This document shows, in pieces, positions 1-9,685 of a stretch of DNA of 64,000 bases. The notes beneath the pieces were generated by a model. The model saw only the letters and a list, made by a program, of their open reading frames with translations, ran no database searches and had not been told where the DNA came from. Position numbers and translations under genes: made by a program. Position 1 is the first letter of the stretch, and every line of letters starts with the position of its first letter. Source of the stretch: Perkinsus chesapeaki ATCC PRA-425 (Eukaryota > Protista > Perkinsozoa); NCBI GenBank assembly GCA_013115145.1, contig JAAPAO010000018.1:74214-138213 (forward strand). Direction: 5' to 3'.

Positions 1-38
1 GGGCAGTATCTCACGCTGGTCTATGTATTTCTGGTTAG

Positions 39-181
39 ATGACCATTACCAGCCACACAAGAAGGGCAAGGGTGGGAAGCACGGCGGGAAAGGGTCTCAT
101 AGTAAAGGCGGTGGCAAGGGGGGCGGTGGTAAAGGGCACAGCAAAGGAGGGAGAGGAGGAAAGGGTAAAGGAAGATGGTGA
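39..181 (+). CDS. 3' terminal exon (partial gene) encoding a Gly/Lys/His-rich basic tail
   Basis: After a ttag acceptor (35-38), the frame starting at 41 reads DHYQPHKKGKGGKHGGKGSHSKGGGKGGGGKGHSKGGRGGKGKGRW* (TGA 179-181). A second copy at 9241-9326 differs only at synonymous sites, supporting this frame rather than the listed 39..236 ORF. Confidence 0.6.
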
Positions 182-1995
182 TGATGATGCAAATCGTTCA
201 AGTTTCCAGAGCGAAAGCGGCTTCCATGTTACCTGATAGTAGTCAATGATGTTATCGGATATCTTCAGAGGACTAAAGTCTAAGACAGGAGTGCATTAGC
301 TATACGAATCGGAGGCTATTAAGTTATTTCAACTCCTTTGCGATGAGGCCCATCAGCCTTATTCAACTGTGCCCTCGGGCTTAAGTAGAAAATATACCCC
401 GAATGAAGGAAAAAGAAGAAACGTTATATTTCTTTCTGTAGATTCTCGACGTGGTGCTATTCTCTGACTCAACTTGTGTTGCCACTTTCAACCTCCTTCC
501 ACCTTCCGCACCATTCGTCATTGGACTGATTGGCTTGAGCCTAAAGAACTCTCCCGAATTGGTCTCTCAACGAACAGTTGCCTAAAGCGGAATTTTCCGG
601 CAGTCCAAATAGCTACAGGCCTCCTTCAATTCCGCCCCCTTAAGAACTGTTTCTTCTACATTCCATAACGGATGTACGCATGAGCCATGTGAGTTGTTTG
701 ATGATGATGCAACTTTATAGTTTTCAATCGAACACCGATGACTTGGAGGTTAAAGGAGGAGGTCAAAACTAGGGAGTAGCTTTATGTTTTACATTCAATA
801 TTGACTCTATGTAACCAGTGGTCATCATCAACCCTTAGCATGTCTTATAGCGTCACACGATCCACAGCACAGCCAGTGTATCTCTCACAATGCTCTTCTG
901 ATGCTAAAGTTTGCAATATCAAGGTTACTTTGAGGGTGCTCTGTTCGAGTTGAATTAGACTCACCTCATGAACTCGCACGAATTGATCGTTACTACTAAT
1001 GCCAAGTAAAGCCTGGACTAGTCAGAGGCTGCCCATCATCATACATTGGAACACTTCAACTGCCTTATCTCGAGCACATGAGCATGAAGCGGCCTATGAC
1101 GAGATATCTACTTGTGTTGTCCGAGTTCAGCTTCATCAGAACGCTTCAATAACCCCATTGTTTCATCGTTTTTCAACTGCGAGCTCCAGCATGCTTCAAC
1201 ATCGAGGAGTGAGCCATGTTACGTTGGGTAAATTCAACGAACTTCATAATAATTCTTGGCTCGCGTGAAGCCCCGAGTAGATGAGAGATGCCACTAGGTG
1301 CAGTGCATGTCACAGAATGGGTCCATAATGGACCGTCCATTGTCCTGTAGAACGCGCGTATAGAACTGTTCGCCTATGGGATAAACCTAGAGCCTGGACA
1401 CCTGTATAATCGGAGGGTTAATACTACACAAGCTGTTACGTGGAGGATATCAGCATAGTCCATTAACAAAATCCGTTCACAGGCATACAGTCCTCCAAAT
1501 AAATTTGAGATATTCTCAAATGTTATCATAACTCTACAACGGGATCGAGTTTAAGGCTTATTTTCGTGTACACAAGTGAAGTGTAGGCCAGAGGAGTAGC
1601 AGTGGATGATGATGATGAATCATCACCGATGATGAATCATCATTGGTGATGATGATGATGGTGCTCTTCGCAATGTGCTGTAAGCAATACATAATGTATG
1701 ACAAATAACAGTGTCAATGAACAATGTCAATGAGTGTCATAGTTGACTATTAAGATACCTGTTAACGGGGTGCACGGCGACGAGAGGAATCTCTACGATT
1801 GACGAACACCACAACGGGACTATACCCGATTGTAAAGAAAGCTTTGCGCAAGCGTAGCTAACGTACAACAATCGATAGACTAACCAGAAATTGCACAGAA
1901 GAGCGCGCCAAGGCTTTTTGGCTCTGGACACGGCTCCTTGTGCCTCTCTAACAATACCCATAAATCCAACATACAAAGAATCTCACCGTAGTGAA

Positions 1996-2505
1996 CTACA
2001 GAAAGCAATACCACGTGGACTGTGATTGTCCTTCTCCGGTATGAAATAAGTTAACCGAGAGTTCGCCGCCTAATCTCAGCTCAAGTCGACGTTCTCCAGG
2101 AACGTTGCGCACAATGCCCATGAAACGCTCTGGGTCCCACGAGCTTACTACATAAAAGGGATTGCTTTGCTGCACAGAACTTGCCACGGCTTGCCGAAAT
2201 CTTTCACGGTAAAGACGACCTTCTGGCACATTCGTCCATACAAGACGGAAGACCTCGATACTATCTTGAGAGTATCGAATGCGCGCGGTGATTGGTGAAG
2301 CTCCCGGCCCATAAGGAATCAGAGACAGATCAACCTCGTCGCCGGTACGAAAGCTCATTTCGAACTTCATGGTGGGTCCTTCAGTCAAGCCAAAGTCAGC
2401 GTAGTGGAAGAACCCTACAAAGGTTTGCCCCTCGAGGATTGCGTTGACCGTAGGCAGCAACAGCGATGGAGAGAATGCCGCAATGATCAAGGAGAATGCG
2501 AACAT
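1996..2505 (-). CDS. Intronless putative secreted protein, 169 aa, unknown function
   Basis: Single ORF with a hydrophobic signal-peptide-like N-terminus (MFAFSLIIAAFSPSLLLPTVNA) followed by a beta-rich globular-looking region. Confidence 0.65.
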   Translation of the reverse strand: MFAFSLIIAAFSPSLLLPTVNAILEGQTFVGFFHYADFGLTEGPTMKFEMSFRTGDEVDLSLIPYGPGASPITARIRYSQDSIEVFRLVWTNVPEGRLYRERFRQAVASSVQQSNPFYVVSSWDPERFMGIVRNVPGERRLELRLGGELSVNLFHTGEGQSQSTWYCFL

Positions 2506-2589
2506 TTCGAAAGCAACAGTAGAAGTGTCGTGTGATACCGATGTGCTTAGCTTTTGGCCGCACGCTATGTGAACATCCGGGTGCGTGAT

Positions 2590-3023
2590 GCTCTAGTTGG
2601 CTGACATTAAAATCCATTTAGAGAGTCAGCTCTAGTTGGCTGACATTAAAATTCATTTAGAGAGTCAGCTCTAGTTGGCTGACATAAAATTTTATTCAGA
2701 GAGTCAGCTCTAGTTGGCTGACATTAAAATTCACTCAGAGAGTCAGCTCTAGTTGGCTGACATAAAATTTTATTTAGAGAGTCAGCTCTAGTGGGCTGAC
2801 ATGAAATTTTATTTCAAGAGTCAGCTCTAGTTGGCTGACATTAAAATCCACTTAGAGAGTCAGCTCTAGTTGGCTGACATTAAAATCCATTTAGAGAGTC
2901 AGCTCTAGTTGGCTGACATAAAATTTTATTTAGAGAGTCAGCTCTAGTTGGCTGACATTAAAATCCATTTAGAGAGTCAGCTCTAGTTGGCTGACATTAA
3001 AATCCATTTAGAGAGTCAGCTCT
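2590..3023. repeat. 39-bp tandem minisatellite, about 11 units, each with an internal inverted repeat
   Basis: Unit is a near-constant 23-mer GAGTCAGCTCTAGTTGGCTGACA (GTCAGC/GCTGAC dyad) plus a 16-nt AT-rich variable part (ttaaaatccatttaga or taaaattttatttaga types). Confidence 0.97.
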
Positions 3024-3242
3024 CATTCTCTGCTTTGTTCATTTTATCAATAATATCATTAATAACAAAGTTCTACTTTCCTCATTTCCATCGATGAGCA
3101 ACGACCTTAACAGAAGACAAAGGGCCAGGCTTAGTCGGGACCGATGGGTAATATAGCCTCAGCAAAGATGAGGCTTACTAACTTCGGTATTCCAAGTTGT
3201 ACTTCTAATTAGATTGCTCATCATAGTGCCGTTCAAAACAAT

Positions 3243-4962
3243 ATGCAGGAGCATATCTCCGCCCTCCAAAGGCAGGTTGCGGAACTCATTTCTGACGTTG
3301 TTCGCAAAGACTCGGAAATACATTGGCTGGTGAGCAGCAAATTTCCCATTGCCGTGACTTCATAATCATTTGTTGATGTGAATATTTCTGGCTTTCAGGT
3401 AAACACTGTTCGTGATCAAGCCCACATTACCGATAATCTACATGACCACGAAAAAACTTCTACTACTGACATTCTGGAGGAAAAGGACAGCGTGAGGAAG
3501 AATGCCGAGACTCAGACTACGAATACGAATACGAGTGCCACTCAGCACACTGCAGGCGCTCAGTACTACTCAGTACGTACGATAACGCGATCTTTCTACT
3601 GTAGCGCTCACACCCAGACAGAGACAAAGCTTTCTCAACAAGAGTCTGGCGTTCAGACAGAAAAGGATCATCAATGCAATATTGGTACTCAGACGCTCGA
3701 AAGTAATATCGGGCTAAGAGCCCTTAGTGAGTCCCCTCACCTACTCTGATGATGCAATATAGGAATAAATGTTGATAGCACAAATAGAGAAAATAGGAGC
3801 ACGTTGGAGCGGCTTTCTCACGAGCTCGCTGAAGCAAAGGTAACACCTCAAAAGAGTGTATTATGTAGCTCTGTATTTAAGGGCCAGATCAAGCAAATGG
3901 CTGAGTCGCAAGAAAATACATTCGAGTATGCTAGGTCTCTGTTGGTAAGTTGGCACAGGGCACTCTCTGTGGTTTATCTAGTACACCGTGTTACATGAGT
4001 TCCATACCTTATTGACCTTAATGTCAGAGAACTGCACAGCAAAACCACAAGGATATGATCGACGATTTGAAGGGCGATCACAAACGAAAAGAAGATGAAT
4101 TTCGGAAGGAGATCGATCGCATGCGTAGCGAATACGAGGCTAAGATAAGAAATAAGGTGAGTCTGAGTCTGTGACAGTCTACCATGGACGGAAGGTTTGT
4201 GAGCATGGGTCGGGTCTGTATTTCGTCTTCCCTCAGGAAGTGCTGTTGATGAATCATGTTACCCATCATCGCAACAAACCCGAGGCCCCAGGTAGCAGGG
4301 AACCAGAGGCCCCACGTAGCAGGGAACCAGAGGCTCCACGTAGCGGGGAAGCCCAGGCCTCACGTAGCAGGGAACTAGAGATCCAACCTAGCAAGGAACC
4401 AGAGGCCCAACCTAGCAGGGAACCAGAGGCCCAACCTAGGGAATCGCCCCCGGCACCAGAACTGCTGGTAGTACCAATATGGTATCTTTTTGGCAAAAAG
4501 GTTTTGCAGCTATCCGTATATCCTATATCCATGGTACGTCGCATCGTTAAGTCATTTCAGGGGAATGTCGTCCACCTTGGATGCGTCTCGTGTTGTACCA
4601 TTGAACAGGAAGGGCGCCGAGGAATCCTATTCAATAACACTTCTCAGTTTAGTAAGAAGAGCGTTCTTATCACGTTTCCAGGGAGCAATAAGAATTATGA
4701 GGTCATTCTGGAAGCGAAACAGTCCAGAGTGTTTCATTTGACTGCTGACTTTCATAGTATGAAAGAAGCTTATCTTACATCTGAAATTGGTGAGCCCAAA
4801 GTCTTGCCATTCCTATGGAGAAGCCTCCCTCGCTTCGAAGACCACATACGCACTACGCGAACGCCCCACGCCAAATCGTCAGCGAAGTCCGATGAGCCCC
4901 CGAAGAAGAAGGCCAAAATGTCGACACCCGTTCGGCAATCCCGAAGACTGCAGAATCATTGA
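3243..4962 (+). CDS. Multi-exon hypothetical protein: coiled-coil N-half, EPEAPRSR repeats, basic C-terminus
   Basis: ATG at 3243 (MQEHISALQRQVAELISDVVRKDSEIHWL|gtgagc). Exons can be joined through GT-AG introns to DMIDDLKGDHKRKEDEFRKEIDRMRSEYEAKIRNK|EVLLMNH and the 4171..4962 ORF ending RQSRRLQNH. Confidence 0.6.
4277..4441 (+). repeat. Coding 24-bp tandem repeat, about 7 copies (EPEAPRSR / EPEAQPSR)
   Basis: Unit aaccagaggccccacgtagcaggg repeated with drift, in frame in ORF 4171..4962. Confidence 0.9.
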
Positions 4963-5268
4963 CAATCAATCACTGATTTGGAACCAGACAATTCCGGAAG
5001 TTATTATGCCTTCAGCATGCGCCTAGCTCCTTCGGTGCTGACCGGTCTCCAATTTCAGCAGACATGCAGTCGTTTCTTGTGCTCGTTTCTTGTGCTCGTT
5101 TCTTACTGGAATTTGAACCCGAAGTTTTGCGTTGATCGTGTCAATAGGGATGTATCGCACGGCAGGTTTTTCGAGGGACCCATGACATGGGTATCGATCA
5201 GTTGTGATCGTGTAGACTCCACGTTGTAGAGTGGTTACGAACTGTTAAAACGTTCCGTTCATTCTCAG

Positions 5269-5391
5269 TGACTCATTGCCAATGAGTCATTGATAGATGG
5301 AGGCAGAATGATCAAGTTACTCACTGTGACTCACAGTCTGTGAGTAGAACAGACAATATAGTAAGGAAAACCTGCCTGGGACAGTGACTCA
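5269..5391. promoter_or_regulatory. Cluster of four TGA(C/G)TCA (AP-1/bZIP-like) heptamers
   Basis: TGACTCA at 5269, TGAGTCA at 5283, TGACTCA at 5327 and TGACTCA at 5385, 135-260 bp upstream of the transposase ORF. The motifs are seen; their function is inferred. Confidence 0.35.
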
Positions 5392-5526
5392 CAGAGGGCG
5401 AGCAATAAGTATACTAGCATAATCGTAACTATAATCAGGTAGACTACTGAGTGCAATCGGGAATACCTTAAGATATACAGACCGGAAATGAGACCACGCT
5501 CGCGTTAACGGAGCGAAGTTTGACAG

Positions 5527-8500
5527 ATGTACGAGCGTCATCCATCAGAGTTTTTTTCGTTACACACTTCGAACATGTATTACCCGAGACGTGAATGGCA
5601 GCAAGTCAAGACGTACGACATTCAGGGCGAAGAATCTGACCCTTTTTGGGATGCCTTGGTCCACTACATGCCGGACTATTCGTGTAAAAAGCAGTACGTG
5701 CCATCTAATCCGAACGAAATAAGATGGGAGTGTGCTGAGCATGTGGAATGTGACAAGAAAATCAGAATAGTCAAGGATGGGGCGCAAATGAAGATATCGG
5801 TGTCTGGTAACACATTTGGAAAAGCCTTCTACTACACAACGTCCTTCATAGGTCAGGACACGGGAGAGCCTCGGGACTTGGAGCGTCTAAGGTTGCCACC
5901 ACACATCGAGCAGTACATCCTGAATGCTGCGTCTAGAGGAGAAAACGCCTCGCATGTTTTGGCGCATGCGACACATAAATACCCAGCATTCGAGGAAAGG
6001 TTGACACAATCAAGGGTACGTACATTGCTGCGCTATCTATTTTAGGCCAATATCCTGAGTTCCTTTTTACAGGTGCAGAACCTGATATCATCTTTTCGGA
6101 CGAGACGCGATGGAATTCCACGGGTTGCTAACTTGTTCGAGCTTGATAGCGCATTTGCTGACTATCGAATTACTCCGGCCACCCTGGAAAGTGTGAAGGA
6201 CAATCGTTCGTTGCCGAGCAAGATTGTTCATCTGGGAACGAACTTCGAATCTTCGAGTTTCGTTTGCGCTTTGTCCAGCACAGGTAGGCTCTTCTCACGA
6301 GTTTATAATGTCATCTTGGAATGAGCAGGTCATGATGGCCCCAACTCGACTTTAGAGTGTAGTTTCTCCTTGTTAGATATGCTCGTATCCCTTAAGTGGT
6401 TTCTAGACTCATGCAGTGACGGGTTCCCATTATACATGGATGCGCAGCAGAAAGTTATTCGTGGCAAGCCGAAGCTCGTGTGGATGGGAAGCTCGCGGAC
6501 ACGGTACTGGTAAATTGAATTTATAAATCTTGTTCGTTCCTACTAGGAGTTTCCTAATTGGAGGCCAGCTGTGAATTTCTTGCAGGTATGACAATAGAAG
6601 AAAGAAGTATACCCACTCGTTCGTTCCGTTCCTTTGGGCAATTGTCCCGGAAGAATCCGCAGCGGTATACAGTTTCATGCTAGAGAAACTGGATGAGCTG
6701 GTGCAAGCGCTTTCGAGCGATGAGAAAACACTCTCGGATGTTATCAACCTCTGTGTGCATGACGCTCATCTAGGGGCGATCAGCGCGTGTGAGGAAAAGC
6801 TTCCCGAAATTCGCAACGGTAAGCTGTCCGTGCTCAGGAGCATTTTTCTTCCGTTTATGTGCATACCTATTGCCGGTTCGCACGGCTAGTCTTTCTACCG
6901 CCTGATTATCAGTATTTGCGATGAGACTCAGTGCCGACTTCTCTCAGCTCGATGCTTTTACCATTTTTCGAAGAACATCCGAGACAATAAAAAGAAGCTA
7001 GGACCAGCGTTTGACCAGGTAACCACTAACTACAGTCCGTGATCGCAGTCCGACCCGTCTACATAGTCGTATTAGGATTTTACACATTAGGTTGAGAAAT
7101 GTATATTCCCGTTACATATTTCGAGTACTGATGAGTTATTCCGATTGCTTGCCGATGCGTTGATTCATGAAGCACATGCGGAGTCGGAAGAAGCTGGCGT
7201 ATACCTCGAAAGTACTTTGGACACTGACAGATTCGGCTATCCGAATATAGCTATAACAGCCAAAGGACTTCGGGGTAACCAGGTAAGAATGCGAAGTTGG
7301 AGATGCCAACTTGGCATGACCTGTGAATCACAGGCTGTGATAGTATCACAGTGATACTCTAAGCAAGTTCAGGTTCTGAACAACATTGTTGAGTCGATGA
7401 ACTCTATTATGTCTAAAGCACTCGATGGCGAAAGTTTCGATGTCATGATATTCGTCAGAGAGGCGATTCTGGTAGACACTGTCAATGGCGCTTTAGCGAA
7501 ATGCGCTGAACGTAGCTTTGTTCTACCTGATTCTGCCATGGCAGATAATGGAGTCCATACGCAAATCTAGTCCGCAGTGTTTCGTAAGACGGCCAACGCC
7601 AGTGATAATGAGGGAATATCATCCAGAAATGCGACAGCTCGGCACATCAATGTTTAATCGGGAGGAGTTTAAAGAAGTAGTTTCCCTCCGTGGATATGTT
7701 ATCTCTACTATTGCCGTATTCCGGACTCATTTACTATGAAGGACTGTGAATTGGATCATCCTTTTTCTGTCAGGTCACAGACCTGGTCTCAGATAGAATA
7801 GACCTTGGCGAAGACACACGCTGCTTTTTATTCCCGGCCCATAGGACTGGTGCTACGGCGGCCACACCTTTCACAGCAGAACGCATCAGTGAATTTTTGG
7901 ACGGGACGTTATTAGGCGAGTTTCAGGAAGGTAACTATGTGCTGTTACCTCATTTATCTAGTACTCCTTGTCTCAATTCCTTATTCTATCCATTTCTAAC
8001 TACTGCTCAGGTGCAGAAGAACTCGGAGTCGTTGACCTTCTGAAGACGTATTACTGCTATCATCTGGTAACCATTGCTCGCCCGAGCGCGCAAGCAGTGG
8101 TCGTGGCCTGCACCTGCAAAGAAAACAGGGATTGGTCATTGTGCAAGCATACCTACTGCGCTGAAGTTTGTGTGGGAAGCCAACTGAAGTAAAGAAAGGT
8201 TCAACGCGTTTCTCGGTATTAAAGACTTTTGCTACCTTTACCTCCAGATTCGCACCAGGGCAGCACCGAATCCCAACTATAAGGCGTGGCCGTCGCTCCA
8301 CCAAGAGAAGAGGGCCATTAGAGCGTACATATTCGGGGATCTCTGCTCCTTCATCCGAAGCTCCAAGTACATCTCCGACAAGGGCTAGACCTGCAAGCTC
8401 CACCCCCATCATTTCCCAAAACATCGAGTGGGAGACATTGGGTGACATAGCTAATAATGACAGCGGAGTCGAGCCAACTTGTCAAAGCAATGAGAGTATT

Positions 8501-8812
8501 CATCGTCTTGCACCAGAAAATGATGATCTGACTTGGGAACTTTCAAATAGCTTCGAAGTGGCGAGGAGCTCAGGTGCGGTAGTACAAGACTGCAGCGAGG
8601 ACGAGCTCAGTGACTCCATTGCAAGTACAGAGATCGTCTCTCCGCTGGAATCTCGATCTTCTTCGAGCAAGTCACATCGAGCAGATAACCCAGAATCTCC
8701 CCGCCGAGTATCAAGGCGAGTGACATTCTCATCCTCCCCTACTCACTCGAATCAAGATGAATCACTTGATCCCTTATCTAATCTTCGTTGGGAGAATTTA
8801 CATGAACTCTAA
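5527..8812 (+). mobile_element. Mutator-like (MULE) DDE transposase gene with SWIM zinc finger, interrupted by about 10 introns
   Basis: Manually spliced exons give an N-terminal WECAEHVEC motif, D1 (PLYMDAQQK, GAT 6439), FVPFLWAIVPEES, D2 (CVHDAHLG, GAC 6761), CxxH (RCFYH, 6953), E (LNNIVESMN, GAG 7391), SWIM (CTCx8CKH, ~8110-8150), and a basic RRGRR plus Ser-rich tail. No TIRs or TSD were found. Confidence 0.85.
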
Positions 8813-9059
8813 TTGTACCAGTTCCGTTTCGTTCCGGAAAGACCTGTTGGTAAGTTTTTAGACTAGAGTTGACTTTCTGGTAAATTTTGGTACCTGCGGT
8901 CAACATAAACTATGTAAGTTTCACAATATTCGAGCTGTACTCATGGAATTCAATCGTGACTGTTTCATAGACTTTCCCCATAAAGCTTCTGTGTTGAGTA
9001 TGTAGTCGAATAAATTCGTCATATCTGCGTCAGGGTTGCGGTTGGCCCCAAGGTATGAA

Positions 9060-9235
9060 GTGACCTCAGAATTGCAAGTTCACCTCAGTTTAGACTTCAT
9101 AACCTAAAGCTACCATTGGATAACTCAGGATTAGTAAGTCACATCACATTAGCAGGATCACCTCATACTTACGCTTCCACCTCAGCCTACCTCATTCACC
9201 TCAGTTTAACAAATCCACCTCACTTTAGCCTGTTC
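9060..9235. repeat. Low-complexity tract with repeated (C)ACCTCA motifs
   Basis: About seven acctca/cacctca motifs (e.g. ttcacctcagttta twice) in roughly 175 bp. Confidence 0.6.
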
Positions 9236-9240
9236 CCCCC

Positions 9241-9328
9241 CTCATAGCAAAGGTGGTGGTAAGGGGGGCGGTGGTAAAGGGCACAGCAAAGGAGGGAGAG
9301 GAGGAAAAGGTAAAGGAAGATGGTGATG
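9241..9328 (+). pseudogene. Displaced 88-bp duplicate of the Gly/Lys tail exon at 96-183 (gene fragment or alternative terminal exon)
   Basis: 84/88 identity with 96..183; all 4 differences are synonymous third positions; same GRW* end. Confidence 0.7.
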
Positions 9329-9685
9329 CCTTAAAGCATCGACGTTCCAACTGTTTTCTGGTGCAGATGAAACTCTTGAGTTACTAGCAGTCAATTACGT
9401 TCATCGTAGTAATGGCGAGATTGCACCTGCCCAACGCTGAGCAGGCTGCAGCACCCATTAGCTGAGGGATACGTACGACGATAAGCAGACGATGCAGCAG
9501 AGATACGTTCGTAAGGAATGCCTCCTCACTTGCTTGGCCCTTTATTGCAACTACATAATAAGGTGTAACCCTACTTCCTCGTCTTTCGACCTTTCACTTG
9601 TGTTGGCATCACGGTGGCACCGGAGGGAGCTAAATAGACTCGCAGAGCTAATAGCCGATCCTACCACCAGCGGCAGCAGCTTTCC

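Noticed and set aside
39-236. Listed 65-aa ORF MTITSH...
   Set aside because: Wrong frame: its ATG spans a likely splice acceptor, and the silent-substitution pattern supports the Gly/Lys frame ending at 181.
2590-3023. CRISPR array
   Set aside because: The variable parts are only 16 nt and homologous to each other, several being identical; there are no cas genes and the context is eukaryotic. It is a minisatellite.
5071-5104. 13-bp tandem CGTTTCTTGTGCT x2.6
   Set aside because: Simple slippage repeat in a probable 3' UTR; nothing suggests function.
7284-7372. Apparent stop or loss of the catalytic Glu in the MULE transposase
   Set aside because: Using the ttcag acceptor at 7372 restores VLNNIVESMN in frame, so pseudogene status is not supported here.
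4963-9060. Terminal inverted repeats for the MULE
   Set aside because: The reverse complement of 8813-9060 showed no match to 4963-5527 or 3023-3243 by eye.
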